Shown one piece after another: positions 12,248-25,279 of a stretch of 64,000 nt of DNA. Position numbers and translations under genes: made by a program. Location of the stretch: the NCBI RefSeq assembly GCF_963921235.1, contig NC_086097.1, positions 233,184,001 to 233,248,000 of the forward strand, read 5' to 3'. Under the pieces are notes generated by a model. It was not told the origin of the DNA. It was given only the letters and a program-made list of their open reading frames with translations, and made no database searches. How positions within the stretch are numbered: position 1 is the first letter of the stretch; each line of letters begins with the position of its first letter. The stretch comes from Mobula hypostoma. Taxonomy: Eukaryota.

Positions 12248-12420
12248 AACACGCACAAAACGCTGGAGGAACTCAGCAGTTCAGGCAGCATCGATGGAAA
12301 AAAGTATGGTCAGCGTTTCGGGCTGAGACCCTTCATCAGGACTGGAAAGGAGAGGGGAAGAGGGGAAGGGTGGGGAAGGAGTACAAGCTGGAAGGTGACA
12401 GGTGAAGCTGGGTGGTGATG
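12248..12420 (-). mobile_element. Penelope-derived short repeat with hammerhead motif (12307-12344)
   Basis: Reverse complement reads cagtc-CTGATGA-agggtctcagccc-GAAAC-GCT-gacca. Confidence 0.7.
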
Positions 12421-12434
12421 CATATTTATATATT

Positions 12435-12760
12435 TTTCATGACATACCGCATGTCAGAGACTTTTTCCCAAGGCTGAAATGGCTATCACGAGGGGGCACA
12501 GTTTTAAGGTGCTTGGAAGTAGGTACAGAAGAGATGTCAGGGGTAAGTTTTTTTTACGCAGAGAGTGGTGATTGCGTGGAATGGGCTGCCAGTGACGGTG
12601 ATGGAGGTAGATACAATAGGGTCTTTGAAGAGACTCCTGGATAGGTACATGGAGCTTAGACAAGCAGAGGACTATGGATAACCCTAGGTCATTTTTAAAG
12701 TAAGTACATGCTTGGCACAGCATTGTGAGCCAAAGGGACTGTACTGTGCCGTAGACTTCC
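12435..12760 (+). mobile_element. CR1 3' fragment (family of 42619-44426 and 45700-46150)
   Basis: Near-match to 44100-44410. Confidence 0.8.
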
Positions 12761-15204
12761 TTTTTTTTTAAGTTGATCCCACGAGCACTACCTCATTACT
12801 CTATTTTAACACTACTCTTTTAATTTAACTATTATATATATTTACGGTAATTCACATTTTTCTATTACATTGTACTGCTGCTGCAAAGAACAATCTTCCC
12901 GACAAATACCAGTGATTCTGAGTCTGATTCTGATCTCCAAGAATGGGATTATGAAGAGCTGAAGAACTGTTTATAGCAATAACAAAACAAATCCAGGAAT
13001 CCATGCAGGAATGAAGATAAACTATCCTCAAAGCCAGCAACCAAAGAGATTAGCCTCCAGTGCAAAATTTAAATTGGTAAAACATGAACTAGGTGCATCA
13101 GGAGTAGAAATGACTGAGTCACTGCATTAAATTCAAATTCAATTATGTGACTTTGACTGTGCATGGCACAAGACAGCCTTTGGGTAAATATGTTGTGTTT
13201 GCATTGACCTGACAAACAAAGATTAAGAGCCTAGGCAATTTCAAGATTTCTTAAAGCAGATTTTTTTTTCTTTCTTTCTTAGAGCTGTACATTGCATTGA
13301 TCTAGTTATTCCATTATGCTTGCTGAGAATTTCAGCTTCTGACCAATAGTGATTTTTGAAGCAAGATATAAATGAGAACAAGATATTGTGCCACAGAAGG
13401 TGCTAAAGTACTTCACAAGAACATTATTTCAGTGACCCATTTGTTACTTAATCTTGAAATGAATGGAGTAACCCCCTGTAACTGATGTAACTAGGACCAT
13501 CCAATTAGTAAACCAGCCCTCTCCTTCACTTCCCATTTATCCATCTTTCACAGCCTCTTTTTGCAGAAGTCACTATGAACATAACAGTAGATTGTTCTTC
13601 AAGCACAGGAAGTTTCCGGACCTTTTCTCAATCGTAGATTGGAACACTGAGAGAACGAGCAGCGTACGCTACTGTTGAAAGAAGGCCCCTGCAGTCGAGC
13701 CATCCCTCTCTCTCTTTTGAAGGTGAGTGGAAGCCTGTCGATCCTCGAGTTGCGGGGGACTCAGGCGGGTGGCGCGGCAGATTGTAAGATCAAAGCAGCG
13801 AGCCGCTGGTCTCCTGCTCTTGTTTCGTGCTAGTGAGAGGAGGAGAGAGCCTGCCTGAGATGTCGAAGTGTTGGGACGGAAAGTAGTTTTTTAATCATGG
13901 TCACTTTGGGGGCTTTGCTATTGCTTGCATGGGGGGGGGGTTAGGGTGGGAGATAGGGTCTGTGCTTTTGCTGGAGCAAGTGGGGGGAGTTTGGGGAGTG
14001 TTGATGCTTTCACTGCTGCTTGTGTGTGAGGGGAGGGGGGCCTTGGGATTCTGATGTTTCTGTCATTCAATTTTTGGAGTTTTTCTTCCGTTTCATGGAT
14101 GACCGTGAAGAGTAAGAATTTTAGGTTGTATACTGTGCACATTCTCTGATATTAAGTTGAACCATTGATTAGTAGGACATTATGGTAGCACAGCCATTCG
14201 CACAACACTATTAGAGCAGAAGTTTTAAGATCAGAGTTCAATTCCTGCTGCTATTTGTAAAGAAATGGGATGTTATCTCTGTGACCAGGTGGGTTTCCTC
14301 CGCGTGCTCTGCTTTCCTCCCACGGGCCGGATGTGTGACGTAAATTGTGGGCCTGCTATGTCAGTGCTGGAAACATGGTAATACTTGCGGGCTGCCCCCA
14401 GCACATCTCAGATGGTGTTGGCCATTGGCACAAACAACACATTTCACTGCACGTTTCGATGTGCATGTGACAAATAAAACTGATCTCTTTAATCTCAAAG
14501 AATTAGGCCCTACGATCTTACAATTCCTCTCTGCAATTCAGTAAAATCATTTGATCTTAGCCACAGCTCCATATTTATTGCCCATTTCATTTGATTCTTG
14601 GCTCCCATGTAGGCTGGTATGCATCCAATAGCTTTCAGGGGGAGGGACTTCCAAGGATTTATAGAATGAATTTCCTCTTATCATTTCTAGAACTGGGTGA
14701 CATATTATTCTGAAACTCTGTCCCTTAGTTCTGGATTCGTCCGTGAGGAGAAACAGTCTGTTAATTTCCCTCAAGAGTGTATATGTTTTAACAGGCCACA
14801 TCTTGTCTTTGTGAACCCCGAGGAGTCTTAGCACAGGCTTTTAGCTTGTAAAAAAAAATCTCTTTATCTCAGTGATCCACCTATTCCATCAGCTTCAATT
14901 TATGTACATCTCTTTTTAGATTAAGTGGCCAAAACTACATACAAAGCCCCTTCTGCTAGTGTAGCCACTGAATACAAGCACATCAGACACAATAAGAAAC
15001 CTGACTATGGTTGTATGGTTCAAGCGTTGCATGGTACACAGCTGCTGGTGCTGCTTGCTTAAGGCTCCAGGAATGTAGATTCAAGCCTGACCCCTCATGC
15101 TTTCTATGGTTAGTTTGCATGTTCTCCCTGTGACTCTGTGTATTTCCACTGGGGTTCTTTATTTCACATCCCGAAGACAGGCTGGAAGGTCAACAAGTTA
15201 TCTT

Positions 15205-15440
15205 GCATCCCATGTCACTGACCCTGATCTGTCAAGGATGGTGTGGTGGCTCCCGTGCGTCAGCGCCCCCATTTAAACAAAGTCATGCACAGGCGTTCTC
15301 CATTAAGACAATCCACTCTAACACCCCGGATTAAGTCTTTGGATCCCAGATTGGCCTCAGCTACCTGTGGACCCTCAGATAGCCAACCCCTTTGGAGAAA
15401 GTCATACTCGACTTGAGTGACCGCACTACCACTACTACAG
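15205..15440 (+). mobile_element. RTE-derived short element
   Basis: Ends in VFGSQIGLSYLWTLR*, resembling the RTE C-terminal SRIGLxSHLRTH, followed by a (cta)n tail. Confidence 0.5.
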
Positions 15441-16479
15441 TAAGATTGAAATGGTTCCTGGGGAAAGGCAAACATGAATTCAAAAGGGAAAAAAGCATTT
15501 CGTATACACAATGGAATTCTCAATGAATTGCCAGACTTTCCAAAGAGGAGCAGAGCTTGGAGCCCTACTTCTCCAGTGTTGAACGGAACAGCCATTCCAC
15601 AGGCACACTTCCTGATGGAGCCACCATGTGACTGATGTCCCGACTCCCACTGTATCATGAGCAGAAGTCATGTGGCATCCAGCCGCTCAGGGAAACTCAC
15701 GTTTATATCATGGAGCCCTAATGCTGCTTGGAAGATTCAGGTCTGTAGCAAGGGCAACATTTTTCTCAGGGATTTGCAGGCTCCTCCAGAAATCTGCCCT
15801 TCAGTTGATTGCTGTGGGTTCTGACTCCCTGTCACAAGAAAATGGCAGCAGCTCAATAAGGCACAGATTTGCTCTCCTATTTTGGGATGACCAGGTGACA
15901 TGGAGGAGCTTGTGAATAGAGCCCTTAATCAAGGCCTCAGCCAGCCTGGACTATTCATCTTTACCTTGAGTTCCATGTTCTTCTTCCTATCTTTATCAAA
16001 TTCATTTTATCCATCTTAATTCCCATACTTTGCACTCCTCCCCTTCCCTATCATTACTTCTTTCTGCCCCATTGAGTGAATGATATTGCAATCCTATAAG
16101 CACAAGGTAGAATATTCAGGATTAAAGTTCAACCATAACAAACTTCAGAATAGTTAACAATCTCTTCAGGGAAAATCTTAGCGAAGATAAAGTGTCTGTA
16201 ACTAAATATCCATGACGGTGCTGCAGGTGATGAAAAGTCTTCTCATAATGGTCAACAACAGAATGTCTGCACAAATCCCTGAACAAAGAGGAAACAATAA
16301 AGAACTCCTGAGAAAATTAACCCCAATTATATTCATAAATTCCTTAATACAAGGCAGAAAATCGATAAATTAACAACTGATTTCATCCAAGTGGCCATTC
16401 TCTCCACAGATGTTCATTGATCTGTAATATATTTGTAGTTACTTATGTTTTTGTTTCTGATTTTGACCCATCATAGTAT

Positions 16480-16668
16480 TTTAGATTTTGAAGACACGCA
16501 GTCCTCTTTTATTGTCATTTGGTAATGCATGCATTAAGAAATGATACAATATTTCCTCCGGTGTGATATCACAAAACACAGGACAGACCAAGACTGAAAA
16601 ACTAACAAAAAACACATAATTATAACATATAGTTACAACAGTGCAACAATACCATAACTTGATGAAGA
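16480..16668 (-). mobile_element. 3' end of a young retroposon; longer copy at 61360-61850
   Basis: High identity to 61372-61558 (cagtcctcttttattgtcattt...ataccataacttgatgaagaa). Confidence 0.75.
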
Positions 16669-16829
16669 AGTCCATCTTTGTAACTAGGTACATTTACATC
16701 TCTTGGAAAGTGCAGAACTTTATTCATCTGCAGTCACTTTGTAATTGACTTAAGCAAAAAATAATGGTTTACAAAGTCCTCAAATTGATTAATTATACTT
16801 ATGCGAGGATTGGGGATTAATCCTTTACA

Positions 16830-17745
16830 AGATTAGGAGAATGGACAAAGAAGAGGCAGATGGAATACAGTGTTGGGGAGTGTATGGCACGTAATTTGGT
16901 AGGAGGACTAAAAATGTGGACTATTTTCTAAATGGAAAGAAAATTCAAAAAAACTGAGCTGCAAAGGGACTTGGGAGACCTCATGCAGGATTTCTTATAC
17001 AGTAGGTTAATTTGCAGGTTGAGTTGGTGGTGAGGAAGGCAAGTATTACGTTCGCATTCATTCTGAGAGGATTAGAAAATAAAAGCAAGGATGTAATTTT
17101 AAACTTTTATAAGGTGCTGATGAGGCCTCAGGGAGTATTGTGAGCAGTTTTAGGCCTCATATCTAAGAAAGGATGTGCTGACATTGGAGAGGGTTCAAAG
17201 GAAGATTCCAGGATTGAAAGGCTTATCATATGAGGAGCTTTCATTGTCTCTGGGCCTCTACTTACTGGACTTCAGAAGAATGAGGGGGAATCTCATTGAA
17301 ACCTACCAAATAATGAAAGGCCTCGCTAGAGTAGATGTGCAGAGGATGTTACCAGTAGTGAGGAGTCACTACTGATAACATGTGATAAGTGTGACCAGAT
17401 AACTGATAAGTGTGACCAGAGGACACACCCTCAGGATGGGGGGGGGGGGCACCCATTTAGAACAGAGATGAGGAGGAATTTCTTTAGCCAGAAATGAGGA
17501 GGAATTTCTTTAGCCAGACAGTGGTGAATCTGTGGAATTTATTGCCACAGGCAGCTGTGGATGCCAAGTCATTGGGTATATTTAAGGCAGACGTTCGTAG
17601 ATTCCTGATTAGTCAGGGCATGAAAGGATATGGAGATAAGGCAGGAGATTGGGGCCAAGAGGAAAACGGATCAGCCATGATCAAGAGGTGGACCAAACTT
17701 GAAGGGCCAAATGGCCCAATTTTGCTCCTCTATCTTATTGTCTAA
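16830..17745 (+). mobile_element. Degraded CR1 3' fragment with small internal tandem duplications
   Basis: Broken frames LERVQR, NLIETYQI, VVNLWNLLP; atgaggaggaatttctttagccaga is duplicated within ~17468-17518. Confidence 0.85.
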
Positions 17746-18695
17746 GAGATTAGTAAAATAAATCTCTTTTGCATTGATTATTTCTCAGACAGTACTGGAC
17801 ACAATTGAAAACTGGGACAGCTTAGCGTAAAAATTGTCATGTGGTTGCAAAAGCAATCCTTTGGCTCAAAGTTCAAAGTTGAAAGAAAATTTATTATCCA
17901 AGTATTTATACCAAATATGCCTTGACATTCATCTTCTTGCAGGCAGACACAAAGCAAAGAAACACTTATAGAATCCACGGGAAACCACACACAGTAAAGA
18001 CTGACAAACAACAAAAAAGAACAAATTGTGCAAAGAATGAAAAAGTAAGTAAGTCATCCACAGAACATGAACTGCAGAGTCCCAGAAAGCAAGTCCGCAG
18101 CTGCGGAGCCGAGGGGAGGGAAGCCGGTCCAGGAGCTCGATGTTTGCAGGCCTGCATCTGCGGAGTCCTGAGGCTGGAAAAGTCAGTCCAGGAGCCCGAT
18201 GGCTTCAGGGCAACAAAGGCACCCAAACCCGGAGGCGTGGGCCTTTGGTAGCACCTTTAAGCTGGGTGAACTAGCCAGGATGAGCATGTTCGAGTATTTC
18301 AATTAGTCACTTAATGCATCTCGGGGAGAGAATTTTTTGGAGGTGGGGAGTGTGATGGAAGTGTGAAAAGGAAAGAGTAGGCACTGGGAATGAGACAGCT
18401 TTCCTAATGTAGTTAGACACATAGGGACTGATAAGGGAAACTGACTGTTTAAAATGTAACTATTCCCCCTTGCAGGCTATAACAGCACAAGATACAAGCG
18501 ACACAGTGACCTGCCTTGCAGCCTGTGTCACCGGGATGCAGATGATGGAGAAGATGTTATGTTACATATGCATATCATTTGCTTCTCACTTCATTACTCC
18601 TACCCACACTTATGTGGCCATATTATTCAGACAAATTAGCTTTCTACTGAAAATTTCTTCTGCTGCATATCTAGACAATGCTCATTTAACTAGCC

Positions 18696-18845
18696 AACAA
18701 CATTCAAAATGCTGGAGGAACTCAGCAAGCCAGGCAGCAGATCTAATGAAGCGTCTTGGGCTGAAAAGTCGATTCTTTATTCCTTTCGATAGATGCTGCC
18801 TGATCTGCTGAGTTCCTCCAACATTTTCGGATTTCCAGCATCTTC
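18696..18845. mobile_element. Penelope-derived repeat in inverted-arm (hairpin) arrangement with degenerate hammerhead core
   Basis: aaaatgctggaggaactcagca..ccaggcagca is followed by its reverse complement tgctgcctgatctgctgagttcctccaacatttt. The degenerate core ctaatga...gaaaagtc lies between the arms. Confidence 0.6.
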
Positions 18846-19589
18846 ATCCCTTCTGCCATCAGATTTCTAAATGGACATTGAACCCATTCACAACTGTTAT
18901 TTCTCTCTCTTCGCACTACCTATTTAATTTCACTATTTTAATATAATAAAAACTATGAATTAAAGTATATATCTAGATATAATACTTACTGTAATTTACA
19001 GTTTTTATTATTACATATTGCATTGTACTGCTGCCGCATAACAACAAATTTCATGATTTATGCTGGTGATATTAAATCCGATTCTGATTCTATAAGCTTC
19101 GTCATTCTTTTCTCCCCGCCGAATGTTTCTCAGTCATTCTCCTACTTGAGTCATCCTTCAGGCATTCAGTAGTTTTCTGTCCAAGTGGATAATACTTTAC
19201 GCTGTGCCAGACAGCTGTATCCTGCTCTGCTCTGATGCTTACACATGTGAACATGCCAGAAGGAACACTTGGACAATGATTTGTAGGAGAAATATAGGCT
19301 GATTTCCAACCGCTTCCTACAATCTCACTGTAGGCAACTGTGTTTCCATGGTCACCCCATTTATTATCCATTTGTTCAGCACAGATGAGGACTGGATCTT
19401 ATTTATAGCGTGTGACTCTACGTGGGATAGTTCTTCAGAGTTACTGTGGTGTCTTGGTTCTTTGTGTAACACTTGGAGTAAGAAACAGTCAGACTTAAAT
19501 ACAACATGAATGTTCCTTCCAAATGCTCCCTGGTCTCGTTCAGCAAACTTCTGCAAAACATTGTGAAAATCATCGGATCATTAAACAGG

Positions 19590-20270
19590 AACAGAGATGG
19601 GCAACTTGACCCATCAAGTCTGCTTTGCCATTCAAGATGGCTGACTTTTCTAACCAAGAGGCCTTCTCCCTATAAACCTTAACAGTAACTTGTCAATCTC
19701 TGCTGTAATACGCCCAATGACTTGCTCTCCAATGTTGGTGGCAAGAGATTCCATAGATTCTCCATAGCACCATAAGATATAGGAGTAGAATTAAGTCATT
19801 TGGTCCATCGAGTCTGCTCTGCTGTTCTATCATGGTTGATTTATTCTCTGTCTCAACTGCATTCTCCTGCCTTCTCCCCATAACCTTTGACACCCTTATT
19901 AACCAAGAACCTATCAGCCTCCGCTTTAAATATACCCAGTGATTTGGCCTCCGCAGTTGTCTGTGGCAGTGAATTCCACAAATTCACCACCCTCTGACTA
20001 AAGACATTTCCTCTCGTCTCTGTTTTAAATGGACACCCTTCTATTCTGAGGCAAGGCCCTCTGGTACTAGACAACCCTATTATAGAAGCATCCACTCCAT
20101 GTCCACACTATCTAGGTCTTTCACCACCATTTGGCAGATGTAATTCCTGCTTGGCTCAGTTTTATTTTGAGGCTGTGTTTTTTTGATTTTAGACTCTCTC
20201 ACTACTGGAAATATCCTCTCTACGTCCACTCTATTTAGACCTTTCAGTGTCTGACAGGGTCGAATGAGAA
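19590..20270 (-). mobile_element. Cluster of CR1 3' fragments
   Basis: Minus-strand ORF SQRVVNLWNSLP and CR1 tails. Confidence 0.8.
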
Positions 20271-20719
20271 CCAGCAAATCAATCAGTCATAGACTGGAAC
20301 ACAGTTATGTTGATGCTAATTACATTCTATTTATTAAACTAAAGAGAGAAATACCCTGAACCAGTCAGCTACTGACTGTGTCCAGCTTTTCCTATTTTTA
20401 TTTTTAAATATTCAGTATCTGAAATCCTTTGCTACATTTAATAAGCCACAGGATAAATTCAAGTAACATCAATAAACACACAAGATATCTCAAATACATG
20501 TTTATGATTTATTTCTAACCGTACATTCATTAAACCCTACATTGTTGAATTATTGATGAAAGACCTGGTCCAATGTTCATCTTGAGTGCAGTTGAAGTTG
20601 ACTTTCTAAATTTTTTTCCTGTAAAATGTTTTGAAAGAGTGAGGATCACCATCGATCCAACACAGGGTTGTTATATGATGCTTCATACCTAGTTTGTAAA
20701 GATCAATATAATTTACTAT

Positions 20720-21030
20720 CTAGAACATAGAACAGTACAGGCCCTTCAGCCCATGATGTTGCATTGACCTTTTAACCTACTCTAAGTTCAATCTAAACCT
20801 TCCCTTCTAGTTAACCCTCCATATGCCTATCTAAGAGTCTTTTAAATGCCCCCAATGTATCTGCCTCTACCAGTGTGTTCAGTACAGGTACCGCTCTATG
20901 TGTAAAAATGCTCATCTCCGATATCCCTGCAATCACCCTACAGTTATGCTCCCTCATATTAGCCATTTCTGTCTTGGGAGAAAGTCTCTGTCCGTCCACT
21001 CGATCTATGCCTCTTATTATCTTTTACATC
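20720..21030 (-). mobile_element. CR1 3' fragment
   Basis: agaacatagaacagtacaggccc tail; frame VEADTLGAFKRLLDRHM. Confidence 0.75.
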
Positions 21031-21204
21031 TCTGTTCTGCCATCCTCCTTCTCTACAAAGAGAAAACACCTCATGTAGGATTTAAATTTCACCTGTTGCA
21101 AGATGTCAGCTTAAGCAAATATTAGTTGTGCAGTAAAAACAGAAAGGAATGGAAACACGTAACGCTATCACAATCCACAGGTGTATGTTCTGAATGAATA
21201 CACT

Positions 21205-21740
21205 ATACCTCAGTGGCCACCTTAGTTGATACCTCCTCTAGCTAATAAAGTGGCCAATGGGTGTACGTTTGTGGTCTTGCACTGTGTAGTCCACACACTT
21301 CAAGGTTTGACGTGCCTTGTGTTTAGAGATTCTCTTCTGCACACTACTGTTGTAATGCGTAGTTATTTGAGTCCTGTCAGCTTGAAGCAATCTGATCAGT
21401 TCCTCTGACCTCCCTCATTAGCAAGGCACTTTTGCCCACAGAACTGCTGCTTTTAAGTTTTCACACCATTCTCTAAACCCTAGAGTTCACTGAGAATCCC
21501 AGAGATCAGCAGTTTCTGAGATACTCAAACCACCCCTTTTAGCACCAACAATCATTCCTCAGTCAAAGTCACATAGATCACATTTGTTCTTCATTCTGAT
21601 GTCTGGTCTGAACAGCAACTGGACCTCTTGACCATGTCTGCATGCTTTTATGCATTGAGTTGCCATCACGATTGGCTGGTTATGTATTTTCATTAACGAG
21701 TGGGTATACAGGTGTACTTAATAAAGTAGCCATTGAGACT
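21205..21740 (-). mobile_element. Non-autonomous Tc1 deletion derivative; related copy at 63030-63790
   Basis: Imperfect terminal inverted repeats (ctcagtggccac / gtagccattgag). A minus-strand remnant of the Tc1 transposase N-terminus reads KCDLCDFD*GMIVGA. Confidence 0.65.
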
Positions 21741-21769
21741 GTTTATCAATATTGTCAGTAATACATTAT

Positions 21770-22350
21770 AACTTGATAAAACTCTGGTTAGCTCACATCT
21801 GGCATACAGTTCTGGTTGCCCCCATTATAGGGACGATGTTAAAGCTTTGGAGAGGGTGTAGAAGAGGTTTGCCAGGATGCTGCTTGGTTTAGAAGGTATG
21901 TGCTATCATGAGATGCTGGATAAACTTAAGTTGTTCTCTTTTGAACGGCGGAAGCTGAGCAGAGATCTGATAGAGGTTTATAAGATTATGAGAGTCGTAG
22001 ACAGTAGACAGGGAGCATCTTTTTCCCCAGGGTGGAAATGTGTTGATAGCAGAGGGCATGCATTGAAGTTGAGAGGAGGTAGGTTCAAAGGGGATGTGAG
22101 GGGTAAGTGTTTTACTCAGAGAGTGGTGGATGCCAGGAATGTGCCACCCGGTATGGTGGTAGAGGCAAATACATTGGAATCTTTTAAGAGTTGTTTAGAT
22201 AGGCCCATGAATGTGAAGAAGATGGAGGGATTGTGGACTTTGCGTAGGGAGGAGAGATTTGTCTTTTGGGGTGTTTTGGCTTACTTTTTAGCTGGTTTGA
22301 CTCAATATTGTGGGCCAAAGAGCCTGTTCCTGTGCTGTACTCTTCTTGTC
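21770..22350 (+). mobile_element. CR1 3' fragment
   Basis: ORF 21877-22404 contains DLIEVYKIM and FTQRVV. Confidence 0.85.
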
Positions 22351-22435
22351 CTATGCTTTATATGGATAATTCAAGGATATACACATTTGTGGGTGGTAGG
22401 TTAGTAGATAATGAGGACCTGGTGTATGCAAAATG

Positions 22436-24624
22436 CACAAGATCACAAGACAAAGGAGCAGAAGTAGGCCATTCAGCCCATCGAGTCTGCTGGGCAGCTC
22501 CGCCATGAGCTGAACTATTCACCCATCTAGTTCCAATTTCGGGCTTTTTCCCCATATCCCTTGATACCCTGACTAATTAGATACCTGTCAATCTCCTCCT
22601 TAAAAACCCTCAATGATCGGGCCTCCACAACTGTATGTGGCAATGAATTCCACAAATCCACGACCCTCTGGCTAAAAAAATTTCCCCTCATCTCTGTTTT
22701 AACTGGGTACCCTCTAATTCTAAGACTATGGCCTCTTGTCCTGGACTCACCCACCAAGGGAAACAACCTTTCCAGATATACGCTGTCCAACCCTTTCAAC
22801 ATTCGAAATGTTTCTATGAGATCCCCTCTCATTCTTCTATACTCTAATGAATACAATCCAAGAGCCGACAGACGCTCCTCATATGTTAGCCCCTGCATTC
22901 CAGGAATCATCCTCGTAAATCTTCTCTGAACTCTCTCCAACATCAGTATATCCTTTCTAAGATAGGGGGCCCAAAACTGCACACAGTATTCCAAATGAGG
23001 TCTCACTCATGCCCCATAGAGCCTCATCAACACCTCCTTACTCTTATACACTATTCCTTTTGAAATGAATGCCAACATAGCATTCGCTTTCCTTACTGCC
23101 GATCCAACCTGGTGGTTAACCTTTAGGGTATCCTACACGAGGACCCCTAAGTCCCTTTGCACTTCCGATTTTTGAATTTTTTCCCCATCTAAATAATAAT
23201 CTGCCCGATTATTTCTTCTTCCGAAATGTACAACCATACATTTGTCAACGTTGTATCTCATCTGCCATTTCTTTGCCCACTCTCCTAAACTGACTAAGTC
23301 TCTCTGCAACCTTTCTGTTTCTTCAACATTTCCTGCTCCTCCACCTATCTTGGTGTCATCCGCAAACTTGGCCACAAAAACCATTTAATCCATAATCCAA
23401 ATCATCCATATACATGGTAAAAAGAAGCGGCCTCAACACCGACCCCTGCGGAACACCACTAGTAACCGGCAACCAATCAGAATAGGATCCCTTTATTCCC
23501 ACCCTTTGCTTTCTGCCTATCAGCCAATGCTCCACTCATTTGAATATCTTTCCTATAATTCCATGAGCTCTCATCTTATTAAGCAGCCTCATATGCGGCA
23601 CTTTATCGAAGGCCTTTTGAAAATCCAAATACACAACATCCACAGCCTCTCCCTTGTCAATCTTATTCGAGATTACCTCAAAAAATTCCAATAAGTTGGT
23701 AAGGAAGGATCTTCCCTTCATGAAACCATGCTGGCTTCGGCCTATCTTGTCATGCACCTCGAGGTATTTCATAACCTCGTCCTTGAGGATTGACTCCAAT
23801 GTCTTTCCAACCACCGATGCCAGACTAATAGGTCTGTAATTTTCTTTTTGCTGCCTCCTTCCTTTCTTAAATAGCGGAACTACATTTATGACCTTCCAGT
23901 CCTCCGGAACCATGCCAGAGTCTATTGATTCCTGAAAGATCATTTCCAATGCCACAATCTCCAAAGCCACCTCCTTCCGAACCCTTGGGTGCACCTGATC
24001 CGGGCCGGGAGACTTATCTATTCTTAGTCCACTTAGCTTCCCAAGCACTTTCTCTCTAGTTATCTTGACTGTACCTAATTCTATTCCCTGATACCTCTGG
24101 CTATCAGGTATATTGCTCACGTCTTCCACTGTGAAGACTGATGCAAAATACTCATTCAGTTCCTCCGCCATCTCTTTGTTATCCATTATAATTACTCCAG
24201 CATCATTTTCATTCGGTCCCGTATCTACCCTTGTCACTCTTTTACTCTTCATATATTTAAAAAAACTCTTAGTATCCTTTTTTATGTTAATCACCAACTT
24301 CCTTTCATAATTCATCTTTTCTTTCCTAATGATTTTCTGAGTTTCTTTCTGTAAGTTTTTAAAGGTCTTCCAGTCCTCATTTTTCCACCTAATTTTTGCT
24401 TCCTTGTACGCCGTTTCTTTTGCTTTTATTTTAGCCTTAATCTCTCTCGTTAGCCACATTTGTGCCATTTTTCCATTCATGATTTTCTTTTTTCTTGGAA
24501 TATATTTTTCCTGCATTTTCCTTATTTCTTGTAGGAATTTCATCCAATTCTGCTCTGCCGTCCCTCCATTTAGTTTACTTTTCCAATTGACTTGGGCCAG
24601 TTCCTCTCTCATACCACTGTAATT
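22436..24624 (-). mobile_element. 5'-truncated CR1 LINE (~2.2 kb) with a few frameshifts
   Basis: ORFs 23536-24612, 23133-23384 and 22527-23006 carry KSPGPD, NYRPISL, YLDFQKAFDKV, FADD and RPHLEYC; (cacaagat)n tail. Confidence 0.95.
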
Positions 24625-25279
24625 GATAACTTTGCTTCAATCATATTGAACACCCACAAAAATAATAAATGTAAAGGTGCAAATTTGATGCCGAGGGAAT
24701 ATTATTTGGCTATGCAATTACTGCTTACTGCCACTAGATGTCCATCCTGCTCCATTTTATACCAACAGAGACTTTGGAAGAATATTTCTTCACCAACACG
24801 GATGGTTAAGTTGACTTAAAAACAGTCCACCTGCAACAGAGTGACAATTAGAAACTGAACAAAAAAATACAACTTTTAAAATAAAATCTTAAATTGCAGT
24901 CCCAAAAGAATTGACCTTTAATGTGAACCATTCTTTCCTTGTTTTCAGGACTTGTACCCAAGGGTGTTTTTGTAGGTATCAAGGATGGTGGATTTAAGCA
25001 GACTGCAGTGTTCTTCAATATTCTCTGGATATTCCTTTTAGAGGCTTTCACCAAACGAGGCCTGAAGGTGCTGTTGGGTGGCAGTGTCAAGAAGGCTCTC
25101 AGGTTTTAGTCTCGGCCTAGTCTGCTTTTTATGAACCCTCCTCTTTTTCGTGAGCCTGATGGACATGGTGGAGCAGATCAGGTGATCATCTGTCCAGAGG
25201 TCATCTGTGCCAATCATGGCCCTTGTGATATTCATATCAAGATAGTCCCTAGCTCAAAAAATTACATAATCAATGAGAT

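Noticed and set aside
19102..19556. Overlapping minus-strand ORFs in unique sequence
   Set aside because: No recognisable domain, and the candidate splice pairs enclose stop codons.
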